This document shows, piece after piece, positions 40,259 through 50,271 of a stretch of 56,321 nucleotides of DNA. The translations under genes were made by a program, and so were the position numbers. Positions within the stretch are counted from its first letter, which is position 1. Each line of letters starts with the position of its first letter. The notes below the pieces were generated by a model that was given only the letters and a program-made list of their open reading frames with translations, had not been told where the DNA came from and did no database searches. The stretch is from NCBI GenBank assembly GCA_031395755.1, contig JANNJO010000029.1, positions 1-56,321 of the forward strand, written 5' to 3'. This stretch comes from Acidobacteriota bacterium (GTDB lineage: Bacteria; Acidobacteriota; Vicinamibacteria; Vicinamibacterales; JAMQPK01).

Positions 40259-40475
40259 TGATTGATCCTCCATCTCGGGGCTCAGACCCCTACAAGTGGT
40301 GTTCTCGGGTGGGCGTATCGCAATCGAATTCCCGCCTACACCATTGGCTCGACAGGAATCTGTCCACCTGCTCGGTCATTTTTTCAGAATAACGGTCTCG
40401 GGAAAGGACGAGTTTCATTGTAGGCCCGTGATTCTGTGGTGTCAAGAAACGATAGAATCCCCAGTACTGCCTTAT

Positions 40476-42029
40476 ATGGTTGATTCTTCTCGCGTTCCGG
40501 CCGATCTCGCGGGCTTCGATCCCGACCGGGATCTCGGCCTGCCGGGCCAGTTTCCCTTCACGCGTGGCATTCAGTCCACGATGTATCGCGGCCGGCTGTG
40601 GACGATGCGGCAGTATGCCGGGTTCGGCACGGCCAGCGGGTCCAACCAGCGCTACAGGCACCTTCTGGGGCAGGGTGTGACCGGTCTCAGCGTCGCGTTC
40701 GACCTTCCCACCCAAATGGGGTATGACTCCGACCACACGCTGGCCGCAGGCGAAGTGGGGCGCGTCGGCGTGGCGATCGACAGCCTCGATGACATGGCGG
40801 AGCTGTTCAAAGAGATTCCGCTCGACCGCGTCTCGACATCGATGACGATCAACTCGACGGCGACCATCCTGCTCGCGATGTACGTGGCGCTGGCGGATCG
40901 TCACGGCGTGCCGCGCGGGCAGCTATCGGGCACCGTGCAGAACGATATCCTGAAGGAATACCTCGCGCGCGGCACCTACATCTATCCCCCTCAGGCGTCG
41001 CTGCGGCTGGTCACCGACATTTTCTCGTTCTGCGAGCGGGAGCTCCCTCAGTGGAATGCGATTTCGGTGAGCGGCTACCACATTCGCGAGGCCGGCTCGA
41101 CAGCGGTGCAGGAAGTCGCGTTCACGCTGGCGAACGGCATCGCCTACATCGAAGCGGGCCGCGCTCGCGGGCTGTCGCCGGAATCGCTCGGCGGGCGCAT
41201 GTCCTTCTTCTTTGCCGCGCACAACGACTTTCTCGAAGAAATCGCGAAGTTCCGCGCGGCGCGACGCCTGTGGGCGCGCATCATGAAGGACCGCTTCGAC
41301 GTATCGAATCCGCGCGCGCAGCAGCTCCGCTTCCATGCGCAGACCGCGGGCAGCACGCTCACGGCTCAGCAGCCCGACAACAACCTGGTGCGCGTGACGG
41401 TGCAGGCGCTGGCCGCGGTCCTCGGGGGCGCGCAATCTCTGCACTGCAACGGGCGCGACGAAGCGCTTGCGCTTCCGACGGAAGACTCTGCGACGCTGGC
41501 ATTGCGCACGCAGCAAATCGTCGCCTTCGAGTCGGGGGTGGCGAACACCGTCGATCCGGTCGGCGGCTCATATGAGATCGAACGGCGGACCAACGACATC
41601 GAGGAGGCGGCGCGCGCGCTGCTGAAACACATCGATACGAGCGGCGGCACGCTGGCCGCAATCGAGTCGGGGATGATTCAACGCGAGATTCAGGAGTCGG
41701 CGTTCCGCGCGCAGCGCGCGATCGACACGGGTGAGTCGACGGTCGTCGGCGTGACACGCTTTCAGACGGAGGAGGCCGCGACGATTCCGACCTTTACCAT
41801 CGACCCCGACATCGAGCGCGTCCAGCAGGAGCGGGTGCGGTCCCTCCGCGCCGCGCGTGACCCCGGCGCGTGGCGGGCATCGCTCGATTCTGTTCGCCGC
41901 GCCGCCGAGGGAAGCGCGAACCTGATGCCTCCCATTATTGCGGCGGTGCTCGCCAAGGCGACGGTCGGAGAAATCTCGGATACCCTGCGAGCGGTGTTCG
42001 GCGAACATCGCGAGACGTTTGTTGTTTAG
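40476..42029 (+). CDS. methylmalonyl-CoA mutase family, catalytic (TIM-barrel) subunit without a B12-binding domain
   Basis: [67 protein letters not shown]. It ends at ~517 aa, before the cobalamin-binding module. Start chosen at MVDSSRV (ORF track 40296). Confidence 0.85.
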   Translation: MVDSSRVPADLAGFDPDRDLGLPGQFPFTRGIQSTMYRGRLWTMRQYAGFGTASGSNQRYRHLLGQGVTGLSVAFDLPTQMGYDSDHTLAAGEVGRVGVAIDSLDDMAELFKEIPLDRVSTSMTINSTATILLAMYVALADRHGVPRGQLSGTVQNDILKEYLARGTYIYPPQASLRLVTDIFSFCERELPQWNAISVSGYHIREAGSTAVQEVAFTLANGIAYIEAGRARGLSPESLGGRMSFFFAAHNDFLEEIAKFRAARRLWARIMKDRFDVSNPRAQQLRFHAQTAGSTLTAQQPDNNLVRVTVQALAAVLGGAQSLHCNGRDEALALPTEDSATLALRTQQIVAFESGVANTVDPVGGSYEIERRTNDIEEAARALLKHIDTSGGTLAAIESGMIQREIQESAFRAQRAIDTGESTVVGVTRFQTEEAATIPTFTIDPDIERVQQERVRSLRAARDPGAWRASLDSVRRAAEGSANLMPPIIAAVLAKATVGEISDTLRAVFGEHRETFVV

Positions 42030-42116
42030 GCCGCGTTGGGGCCCCACCCCCAACGCGCTGCCGTCGCTGACGCTCCGGATCTTGATACCATCGCTTGTCT
42101 GCTTAGCTATCGCGCC

Positions 42117-43100
42117 ATGACTGCCGAGCAACCCCTTCTGCGCGTCGAGGCGCTGACCACCACCTTCAAGATCTCCACGGGGGTCGTGCGCGCGGTCGAC
42201 CAGGTGGGTTTTGAGCTACGGCGCGGCGAGACGCTCGGCATCGTCGGCGAGTCCGGAAGCGGCAAGTCGATGACCGCCCTGTCGATCCTTCGCCTCGTTC
42301 AACCGCCGGGGCAGATTCAGGGGGGGCCCATCAGCTTCAACGGCCGGCACGATCTGCTCGAGCTCAGCGAACGCGACATGCGCGCGATCCGCGGCGCAGA
42401 GATCGGCTTCATTTTTCAGGAGCCGATGACGGCGCTGAATCCGGTCTTCACCATCGGCGATCAAATTGCGGAAGCGCTGCTGGTCCATCGTAAGGTGAGA
42501 CGGTCCGAGGCGCGCGGCAAGGCTCTGGAACTGCTCGGAGCGGTGCGGCTTCCGGATCCGGCACGGCGCCTGCGCGATTATCCGCACCAGTTGTCGGGAG
42601 GAATGCGCCAGCGCGTGCTCATCGCCATCGCGCTCGCCTGCCAGCCGGTGCTGCTCATCGCGGATGAGCCGACGACCGCGCTCGACGTGACGATCCAGGC
42701 GGAGATTCTCGATCTGCTACAGGAGATGAAAGAGAAGTTCCACCTCGCGCTGCTGCTCATCACGCATGACCTCGGCGTCGTGGCGGGTCACGCCGATCGG
42801 GTCGCGGTCATGTATGCCGGACGGATCGTGGAAGAGGGTCCGATGCGCCAGGTGTTTCGATCGCCGGCGCATCCGTACACCCGCGGCCTCCTCGCGTCGA
42901 TTCCTGGCGGCACGCCCGGGCAGCGGCTTCAGGCCATCGAGGGTACGGTCCCGAACCTGGCGAACCTTCCCCCGGGTTGCGCCTTCGAGCCGCGATGTCC
43001 GAACCGCTTCGAACTGTGCCCCACGGCGCCCCCCCCGCCGTACGCCGTCGGGCCGGATCAGCGCGCGCGCTGCTATCTCTACGACCCGAGGCGGGCCTGA
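42117..43100 (+). CDS. ABC transporter ATP-binding protein (oligopeptide/dipeptide DppD/OppD type)
   Basis: Walker A GESGSGKS, signature LSGGMRQR, Walker [14 protein letters not shown]-terminal oligo_HPY region HPYTRGLL...CAFEPRCP. Confidence 0.85.
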   Translation: MTAEQPLLRVEALTTTFKISTGVVRAVDQVGFELRRGETLGIVGESGSGKSMTALSILRLVQPPGQIQGGPISFNGRHDLLELSERDMRAIRGAEIGFIFQEPMTALNPVFTIGDQIAEALLVHRKVRRSEARGKALELLGAVRLPDPARRLRDYPHQLSGGMRQRVLIAIALACQPVLLIADEPTTALDVTIQAEILDLLQEMKEKFHLALLLITHDLGVVAGHADRVAVMYAGRIVEEGPMRQVFRSPAHPYTRGLLASIPGGTPGQRLQAIEGTVPNLANLPPGCAFEPRCPNRFELCPTAPPPPYAVGPDQRARCYLYDPRRA

Positions 43101-43981
43101 TGGCGCCGCTCGTCGAGGTCCGTCATCTGGTCAAGCAGTTCACTCGACGTGAAGGGTTTCTCACCAGGCCCAGCGTCGTCCGCGCAGTCAGCGACGTAAG
43201 CTTCACGGTGGATGAAGGGGAAACCTTCGGGCTCGTGGGTGAGTCGGGCAGCGGGAAGACCACGACGGGGCGATGCATTCTTCGCTTGATTGAGCCGACG
43301 TCGGGCGAGGTGCTTTTCCGCGGCCAGAACGTGCTCAAGTTCTCGCGCGAGGAGCTTCGTCAGGCCCGCCGACACATGCAGATCGTGTTTCAGGATCCGT
43401 ATTCGTCGCTGAACCCTCGTATGCGCGTCCGACAGATTATCGAGGAGCCTCTCATCATCCACAAGATGGGTAGCCGCGAGGAACGGAGGGCGCGCGTCGC
43501 CGATCTCTACCGCCTCGTCGGATTGGATCCCACAACCATCAATCGTTACCCCCACGAGTTCAGTGGCGGACAGCGGCAGCGCATCGGCGTCGCCCGGGCG
43601 CTCGCCCTGAATCCGTCTTTCATCATCGCCGACGAGCCGGTGTCGGCGCTCGATGTGTCGATTCAGGCGCAGGTGGTCAATCTGCTCATAGAGCTTCAGC
43701 AGAAGCTCGGCCTGGCGTACCTGTTCATCGCTCACGACCTTCGCCTGGTCGAGCACATCTGCCGCCGCACGGCGGTCATGTATCTCGGCCGCATCGTCGA
43801 GATGGCCGACACGGCACGGCTTTTCATCAACCCGCAGCACGCCTACACGAAAGCGCTGCTCTCGGCGATACCGGTTCCCGACCCCGATCACAGGCCCGTG
43901 CGCATCCTGCTGAACCCGAAGGATATGAACGTCGACGCCCCGCTGCGCGAAGTCGACCCGGGTCACTGGGCCGCAGTCTGA
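43100..43981 (+). CDS. ABC transporter ATP-binding protein (DppF/OppF type)
   Basis: [41 protein letters not shown]; ATG overlaps the upstream TGA. Confidence 0.85.
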   Translation: MAPLVEVRHLVKQFTRREGFLTRPSVVRAVSDVSFTVDEGETFGLVGESGSGKTTTGRCILRLIEPTSGEVLFRGQNVLKFSREELRQARRHMQIVFQDPYSSLNPRMRVRQIIEEPLIIHKMGSREERRARVADLYRLVGLDPTTINRYPHEFSGGQRQRIGVARALALNPSFIIADEPVSALDVSIQAQVVNLLIELQQKLGLAYLFIAHDLRLVEHICRRTAVMYLGRIVEMADTARLFINPQHAYTKALLSAIPVPDPDHRPVRILLNPKDMNVDAPLREVDPGHWAAV

Positions 43982-44679
43982 CGAGCTGCCGGGGCACGCT
44001 TTTCGTGGACGTCTCTCTCGACCACGCCGTCGCGCAGATGCAGCGTGCGATGCGCGTATGCGGCCACGTCCGCTTCGTGCGTCACGAGGATGATGGTGTT
44101 GCCGCCCTCGTGAAGGCGCGCGAACAGGCCCATGATCTCGGCGCCGGTCTTCGAGTCGAGGTTCCCGGTCGGTTCGTCGGCCAGCAGGATCGAGGGGTTG
44201 TTCACCAGCGCCCGCGCGATCGCGACGCGCTGCCGCTGTCCACCCGACAGCTCGTTAGGACGATGCGACATGCGGCTCGTGAGCTCGACCTTGTCGAGCG
44301 CCGCCTTCGCGCGCGCCTGGCGATCGGCGGCGGGCACGCCGGCGTACACGAGGGGCAGTTCGACGTTGTGAAGGGCGGTCGCCCGAGGCAGCAGGTTGAA
44401 GGTCTGGAACACGAACCCGATTTCCTCGTTGCGGATGCGCGCCAGCTCGTTGTCGTTCATGCGCGCCACTTCGTGCCCGTTCAGCAGGTAGCTGCCTTTG
44501 CTGGGGGTGTCGAGGCAGCCGATCAGGTTCATGAGCGTGGACTTGCCCGATCCCGACGGTCCCATGATGGCCACGTACTCTCCGCTCTCGATGGACGTCG
44601 ACACGCCCCTGAGCGCGTGAATCTCTTCCTCGCCCATGAGGTAGGTCTTCCAAAGATCGTGGGTTTCAATGAGTGCCAT
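43963..44679 (-). CDS. ABC transporter ATP-binding protein (MacB/LolD/FtsE-like)
   Basis: [38 protein letters not shown]. No FtsX-type permease lies next to it. Its 3' end overlaps dppF-like by 19 nt (convergent). Confidence 0.85.
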   Translation of the reverse strand: MALIETHDLWKTYLMGEEEIHALRGVSTSIESGEYVAIMGPSGSGKSTLMNLIGCLDTPSKGSYLLNGHEVARMNDNELARIRNEEIGFVFQTFNLLPRATALHNVELPLVYAGVPAADRQARAKAALDKVELTSRMSHRPNELSGGQRQRVAIARALVNNPSILLADEPTGNLDSKTGAEIMGLFARLHEGGNTIILVTHEADVAAYAHRTLHLRDGVVERDVHEKRAPAARQTAAQ

Positions 44680-44781
44680 GGTGACTGATACGAGCGGCGT
44701 CGCAGGACGGTTCCCATCTTACATGGCGATCAACAGATTCCCCACAACGCATCACATCGGAATACCACGAACCGGTAACGA

Positions 44782-45597
44782 TCACCGCCCGGCCGTGGGG
44801 AAGGCCGGGCGGTCGAGCTCCAAACGCCGCGGTAGCCCCTCCGCGGTGACAATGACGACCGCGTCGGGCTCGATGGAACGCACCACCGCCGATCCAACTC
44901 GATCCCCCACTCTCACGATGCGGCCGTCGATGAGCGCTACGCGCCGCCGACTCGAGAAGAGGATGCTGCTGACGACCGGATCGCGTTGCGGTGGGACGCG
45001 TTCGCGCCGCGCCAGAGCGGCCGACGGCACCTCCGCCGCTGGCGTGAACGGGTTCGGTTTCTCCTCCGGAGCCGACGAAAGGTCGGCCTTGCGTTGCCTG
45101 ACAAAGAGGACGACGCTTGCGTGCGTGGACGGCGCGCGACCCGGCGTCAACTCGACAGAGCGGAGCTCGAAGGTCGTCGGCAGCGTCCGGAGGTTCCAGA
45201 AGAAACGGCCTATCTGATCATAGCGTGCGTCAAACGACATGGTCACCGGCGTAGAAACCAACTGCGGGCCGAACGTCGCAGCGCCCGTCTCAATGGACAG
45301 ATCCGCCACGCCACCCACAGCCGGGCTGTTCAGAAGCGCTTCGAGCGCCTGGGGTACTTCCCCGGCGCTCCCGGTATCGGGCGTGCGCGATTCAAACTGA
45401 CTGATCGGCGATAGCTGATTAGTGCTCGGCGCGCGCCGAACGAACGCGCGCTCCTTGCCGAGCTTCGCGTTGGCATCTGCGAGCTCCTGCTGGACGGCAC
45501 GGGCCGCGGCGCGCTGAGGCTCAATCGCAAGCATGTAGAGAACACCGAAGATAACGACGGGGCCCACGGCCGCCATAGTGGTGGTCAGGCTCCTCAT
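44782..45597 (-). CDS. PilO-like / PilP(GspB-C)-like fusion protein (MshJ-MshK-like)
   Basis: N-terminal TM plus coiled coil, then a PilO-type core ..VTMSFDARYDQIGRFFWNLRTLPTTFELRSVELTP. The C-terminus SSILFSSRRRVALIDGRIVRVGDRVGSAVVRSIEPDAVVIV resembles PilP/GspB-type beta domains. Assigned by pattern similarity only. Confidence 0.5.
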   Translation of the reverse strand: MRSLTTTMAAVGPVVIFGVLYMLAIEPQRAAARAVQQELADANAKLGKERAFVRRAPSTNQLSPISQFESRTPDTGSAGEVPQALEALLNSPAVGGVADLSIETGAATFGPQLVSTPVTMSFDARYDQIGRFFWNLRTLPTTFELRSVELTPGRAPSTHASVVLFVRQRKADLSSAPEEKPNPFTPAAEVPSAALARRERVPPQRDPVVSSILFSSRRRVALIDGRIVRVGDRVGSAVVRSIEPDAVVIVTAEGLPRRLELDRPAFPTAGR

Positions 45598-47099
45598 TTG
45601 CGCACCCTGTACGCGGCGGCGAGTTCGATCCCGCTCCGTTTGCCATCGACAATTCGCCGGGTCGGCGGCTGGAGCGGTGCCCCGAACGACGTCGATGCTT
45701 CAAGCGCTCGAAGAAAACTCTCTGATGCGTCACGCGCCCGGACGAAATCGGGGCCGGCCGCGAATGCTTCGATCGCGACGCTCCACGCGTCGCCGTCAGG
45801 CAGGGCGCGCAACGATTCCACAGTCACGTCACTCGGCGCGGCATTCGCCAACGCCTCGAGCAGTCGAGCCATCGATGGCCCCTGGGCGTCCAGCGCGCTG
45901 AGCGCAGCGCGCTGAACCGGTTCGGTCTTCGGGAGCACCTGCGAGGCAGCGAGCGCGGAGACGGCCGGCTGCAACAGCGAGATCTCGCGTCGCACTAACG
46001 TCAACTGACGATCGGCTTCGGCGCGGGCGGCGCTTGCCTGCGCGTAGAGGAAGGCACCGAGCGCAACCGCGGCCGCGGTCCCAGCCACGAAAATGCGCGG
46101 GCCTGTTTGAGACGGGCGGTCGGCGGTAATCTCCACGGGTAGGAGATTCACAGGCGGAGGCTCGGCCGCGATCGAAGATGCCAGGCGGTAGGTTGCCGCC
46201 TGTTCGCCAAAACCCACAGGAAGCGATGCTGTGTCGATGCCTTCCAGGGTATCGAGTGTTTCCACTTCGATGTTCAATCGCTCGATCAGCGGCGCGGTCA
46301 GCGATCGAATTTCCGGCATGTCGCCGCACAGGAGAATCTGTGAAACCTCTTCTTCCCAGTACTGCTTCAGGTAGAGAAACGAGCGACGCAGCTCCGCGGA
46401 CAATCGTCCGGCGAGATCTTCTCGATTCATCGGCGCGGGCGCACCGAGCGTCGGCGTGGCGTAGCCCCAGTCAAGATCGCGCCCGTACAGCAGGGACCCG
46501 TTGCTGAAGATGCCAAGCGCCGACTGTGTAACACCGAGGGCCACGTGTGCGTGGACCTCTCCTGGCAGCGAGGGCCGGCGTAATCTCGCCTGCGACCAGA
46601 GCGCGCCACACGGGGTCGTCACACCCTCGATTTCGAAACCCGCTTCGACGAGCGGCCTCAGCCGCTCCCGTACGTCCTGGGAGCCCGCGGCGAAGAACGA
46701 GACTTCCGTTTTCGAGTGGTGGCCCGGCTCGCCGCGCGTCGATCCGATCGTCGTGGCCACGGTGACCTCGGCGTCCGTCATCCCCAGCGCGGAGGCGCCG
46801 TGGTGTCGCACCATCGATTCGAGCTCGGATGCCTGGCCCGACGGCAGCAGCACGTACTGGTGGCTGCTCCTGACCTCCCACAGATTCACCCACGCGCGAC
46901 GCGGAAACGCCTTCCGCTCGACAAGCACCTTCAGCTCCGCCGTCAGCGCCCTGCTGTCGGCACTGGAAAGCGATGCGAAGTGATGGACGCGCAGCGTGCC
47001 GGGGTCGCCCTTGCGGCGGCGTCCGGACGTCTCAGCGTCGACGACGATGCATCTGGCAGGAGACAGGTCTATTCCGGTCCGTCGCACACGTGGCCCCAC
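45594..47099 (-). CDS. PilM-PilN fusion (type IV pilus/MSHA MshI-like assembly protein)
   Basis: Actin-like N-terminal domain starting GIDLSPARCIVVDAE. The PilN hallmark VNLLP is followed by a TM (IFVAGTAAAVALGAFLY) and a periplasmic domain. GTG start; 4-nt overlap with the PilO-like gene. Confidence 0.6.
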   Translation of the reverse strand: MGPRVRRTGIDLSPARCIVVDAETSGRRRKGDPGTLRVHHFASLSSADSRALTAELKVLVERKAFPRRAWVNLWEVRSSHQYVLLPSGQASELESMVRHHGASALGMTDAEVTVATTIGSTRGEPGHHSKTEVSFFAAGSQDVRERLRPLVEAGFEIEGVTTPCGALWSQARLRRPSLPGEVHAHVALGVTQSALGIFSNGSLLYGRDLDWGYATPTLGAPAPMNREDLAGRLSAELRRSFLYLKQYWEEEVSQILLCGDMPEIRSLTAPLIERLNIEVETLDTLEGIDTASLPVGFGEQAATYRLASSIAAEPPPVNLLPVEITADRPSQTGPRIFVAGTAAAVALGAFLYAQASAARAEADRQLTLVRREISLLQPAVSALAASQVLPKTEPVQRAALSALDAQGPSMARLLEALANAAPSDVTVESLRALPDGDAWSVAIEAFAAGPDFVRARDASESFLRALEASTSFGAPLQPPTRRIVDGKRSGIELAAAYRVRK

Positions 47100-47140
47100 C
47101 TCATAATTTCGGCACGCCGGACCGGGTCCGGTAGGCGGTA

Positions 47141-49147
47141 CTAGCCCGCCTCCTCGTACTCGGTCTTCAATTTGGCAATCACGCTGGGATCGGCCAGCGT
47201 GGTGGTATCGCCCAGCGCCTTGCCTTCGGCGATATCCTTCAAAAGGCGCCGCATGATTTTGCCCGAGCGGGTCTTGGGAAGATCCGCTGCGAAGAGAATG
47301 TCCTCGGGCCGCGCGATCGCCCCGATTTTCTTGACAACATGCTCTTTGAGCTCAGCCATCAGCGCCGGGCTCGCGACGTTCCCTTCCTTCAGGATGACGA
47401 ACGCTGAAATGGCCTGCCCCTTCAGCTCGTGCGCGCGGCCGACGACGGCGGCCTCCGCCACTTTCGGGTGATCGACGAGCGCGCTCTCGATTTCCATCGT
47501 CCCGATCCGATGTCCCGCCACGTTAATCACGTCGTCCACGCGGCCGAGCACCCAGAAATATCCGTCTTCGTCGCGCTTGGCGCCATCGCCCGTAAAGTAC
47601 GTGGCGCGATCCCATTTGCTCCAGTACTGCGTCACGAAGCGCTCGGGATCGCCGTAGATTCCTCGAAGCATCGCGGGCCACGGCCGGGTCAGCGCAAGGA
47701 GCCCGCCCCCGACTGCAATCGGCTCGCCGGATACCGTCCGGATTTCTGCTTTGATGCCTGGAAAGGGCTGCGTCGCAGAACCCGGCTTGAGCCGCGTGAT
47801 CCCAGGCAGCGGCGTGATCATGATCATTCCGGTCTCCGTCTGCCACCACGTGTCGACGATCGGGCACCGCTCGCCGCCGATGTTCTTGTGGTACCAGATC
47901 CACGCTTCGGGGTTGATGGGCTCACCAACCGATCCCAGCAGCCTCAGACCCGACAGGTTGCGGCGCTTCGGCCAGTCGGTGCCCCACTTCATGAACGCGC
48001 GGATCGCCGTCGGCGCGGTGTAGAAGATGGTCACGCCGTACCGCTCGATGATCTCCCACAGCCGGTCTTTCTGCGGCCAGTCCGGTGCCCCTTCGTACAT
48101 CACGACAGTGGCGCCGTTGGCGAGAGGGCCATAGACAACATAACTGTGGCCCGTGACCCACCCGATATCGGCGGTACACCAGTATACATCGTCTTCCTTA
48201 AGATCGAAGACCCACTTCGCCGTCGCGTACGTGCCGGTGAGATATCCGCCGGTCGTGTGCATGATGCCCTTGGGCTTCCCCGTCGTGCCGGACGTGTAAA
48301 GAATGTAGAGAAGGTCTTCGGAGTCCATCGGCTCGGGCGCGCAGTCCAAGGGTGCCTTCGCAAGTAGCTGATGCCAGTCATGCTCGCGCACTTGACGGGC
48401 TTCTGGCTCCGGGCTTCGGACTTCCGGCCTGGAGTCTGGAGCCTGGAGCCTGGAGTCCGCTGCCTGGAGTCTGCGAAGCACGATCATGTGTTCAATCGAA
48501 GGCGTACCTTCGACGGCTTCGTCCGCGATTTTCTTGAGCGGCACGACCGAGCCCCTTCGATATCCACCATCGGCGGTCACGAGCACCTTGCACTGGGCGT
48601 CGTTGATGCGGTCGCGCAGCGACTCGGCGCTGAATCCGCCGAACACAATGCTGTGCGGCGCGCCGATCCGCGCGCAGGCGAGCATCGCGATAGCGAGCTC
48701 GGGCACCAGGGGCATGTAGATCGCCACGCGATCGCCCTTTCTGACCCCGAGCGATTTCAGGACGTTGGCACACGCGCTGACCTGGCGGTAGAGATCGAAG
48801 TACGTGAGCGTCCGGCGATCGCCGGGCTCGCCTTCCCAGATGATGGCGGCTTTGTTCCGGCGCGCGGTCTTGACGTGTCGATCGACGCAATTGACCGACG
48901 CATTGATCTGACCGCCGACGAACCACTTCGCATGCGGTGGATTGGTCCAGTCGAGAACCTTCGTCCACGTGCGGGTCCACTCGAGCTCGGACGCAAACTT
49001 CGCCCAGAAGCCTTCGTAATCACGCTCGGCTTCTTCGTAGGGTGTCGTGTCGCCGACGATGGCCGTTGCGCGGAACTCGGAGGGGGGCTCGAACACGCGG
49101 TCCTCATGGAGGAGCGCCGAAATTTCGGGATCGACTGGGTCGGACAT
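47141..49147 (-). CDS. acs: acetyl-CoA synthetase
   Basis: [14 protein letters not shown]-binding motif, [31 protein letters not shown]. 668 aa, with an extra repeat-encoded loop (see 48396..48475). Confidence 0.95.
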   Translation of the reverse strand: MSDPVDPEISALLHEDRVFEPPSEFRATAIVGDTTPYEEAERDYEGFWAKFASELEWTRTWTKVLDWTNPPHAKWFVGGQINASVNCVDRHVKTARRNKAAIIWEGEPGDRRTLTYFDLYRQVSACANVLKSLGVRKGDRVAIYMPLVPELAIAMLACARIGAPHSIVFGGFSAESLRDRINDAQCKVLVTADGGYRRGSVVPLKKIADEAVEGTPSIEHMIVLRRLQAADSRLQAPDSRPEVRSPEPEARQVREHDWHQLLAKAPLDCAPEPMDSEDLLYILYTSGTTGKPKGIMHTTGGYLTGTYATAKWVFDLKEDDVYWCTADIGWVTGHSYVVYGPLANGATVVMYEGAPDWPQKDRLWEIIERYGVTIFYTAPTAIRAFMKWGTDWPKRRNLSGLRLLGSVGEPINPEAWIWYHKNIGGERCPIVDTWWQTETGMIMITPLPGITRLKPGSATQPFPGIKAEIRTVSGEPIAVGGGLLALTRPWPAMLRGIYGDPERFVTQYWSKWDRATYFTGDGAKRDEDGYFWVLGRVDDVINVAGHRIGTMEIESALVDHPKVAEAAVVGRAHELKGQAISAFVILKEGNVASPALMAELKEHVVKKIGAIARPEDILFAADLPKTRSGKIMRRLLKDIAEGKALGDTTTLADPSVIAKLKTEYEEAG
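48396..48475. repeat. heptamer-repeat imperfect hairpin inside the acs coding sequence, in frame
   Basis: GGCTYCN units (48398..48427) face CTGGAGY units (48428..48475). 48396..48427 pairs with 48428..48459 as 24 Watson-Crick pairs, 6 G:T pairs and 2 mismatches out of 32 (my hand count). It encodes [26 protein letters not shown] on the minus strand. Confidence 0.8.
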
Positions 49148-49167
49148 GGAGGAAGAATACTGGAAAA

Positions 49168-50262
49168 TTACCTGCCGAGACTATCGACGCGCTTCCGTAC
49201 TTCTCCAACCAAGGCGGGGTAGCCGGCGGCACCATGCTGCAGGAACGCGCGATAGTGAACGAGTGCCCGATCTCTGTTGCCCGTCTCGTCTTCGAGCAGC
49301 GCAAAGTTGTAGTGCGCCTCGGCGTTGCGCGTGTCGATCTCCAGCGCGCGGACGAGCGCGGCGCGGGCGCCTTCGCGGCGCCCCGCTTCTCTCTCGACCG
49401 TCGAGAGGTTCACAAGCGACTCGACGTTCCTGGAATCGATCGCCAGCGCCGTGTGGAACTCTGACGCAGCCATATCCAGCTTGCCCTGATTCAGGTAGGC
49501 CACGCCGAGGTTGTTGCGCGCCCGCGCGTAACGCGGTTCGATGGCGATGGCGCGCTGAAATTCCTTGACGGCGTCCTCCACAAGCCCCTTGTCGCGATAC
49601 AGCAGCCCCAGGTTGTTGTGCGCTTCGGCGTTGAGGTCGTCGCGCTGCAGCAGCTGCTTGTAATGGAAGAGCGCGTTGGCGAAGTCGCCCATGCGCTGGT
49701 ACATGAGGGCACGCCCAAAATGGTCCTCGCCGGTCGTGACCGTCGCGCTGCTGACACCGGCCGCCGTGGACAGCGCGGTGCGTGACGGCGCGCCCGTCGG
49801 CGGCGTCGGCGCACTCGCCGACACCTCGGGACGCCGCGAGGTCTGAACGATCGGCTGAGTGGCAGGAAGCCTGTCGGCAGCGGCCGCAGGCGGCGGCTTG
49901 GCCGCGGATGATTGGGGTGCGACAAGTGCGATCGGTGCGGCGGGTGCGACAGGCTTGCCCGCCGTAGCGCCTGAAGGCGCGGAGGCGGGCGGTGCCGAGG
50001 CGGGGGCGTTGTACACCACCGTCGGATTCGGCGTCAGATACGCCTTCGCCGTCCAGATGACGACGGCCCACAACACGATCGCGCACAGGAGACCGGCCGC
50101 CAGATAGCCAAGGAAACGTTTGAGTCGACTGGACGGCGAGGCAGGGTTGAATCGCCCATAGCCGAGCGTCTGCAGGACGACGTCGGTTTGCGCCGCATTG
50201 GGATTGGGTCGCGACATCTCTGGTCCACGCCCGCGACGCAGCGCGTCAAGGATGATGCTCAT
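49168..50262 (-). CDS. GspB/ExeB-like N-terminus, TM segment, P/A-rich linker and TPR repeats (MshN-like)
   Basis: [13 protein letters not shown] is the characteristic GspB-type N-terminus. One TM ([18 protein letters not shown]). About 5 TPR units ([42 protein letters not shown]...). Confidence 0.65.
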   Translation of the reverse strand: MSIILDALRRGRGPEMSRPNPNAAQTDVVLQTLGYGRFNPASPSSRLKRFLGYLAAGLLCAIVLWAVVIWTAKAYLTPNPTVVYNAPASAPPASAPSGATAGKPVAPAAPIALVAPQSSAAKPPPAAAADRLPATQPIVQTSRRPEVSASAPTPPTGAPSRTALSTAAGVSSATVTTGEDHFGRALMYQRMGDFANALFHYKQLLQRDDLNAEAHNNLGLLYRDKGLVEDAVKEFQRAIAIEPRYARARNNLGVAYLNQGKLDMAASEFHTALAIDSRNVESLVNLSTVEREAGRREGARAALVRALEIDTRNAEAHYNFALLEDETGNRDRALVHYRAFLQHGAAGYPALVGEVRKRVDSLGR

Positions 50263-50271
50263 TACTCCTGG

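Noticed and set aside
40274-40475. Cobalamin riboswitch upstream of the mutase gene
   Set aside because: I found no B12-box-like (..GCCACTG..) or other conserved core elements by eye. This needs an Rfam scan to be definitive.
48396-48475. Assembly error or frameshift in acs
   Set aside because: The reading frame is maintained across the tract, and conserved Acs motifs continue on both sides. It is therefore treated as a genuine in-frame repeat.
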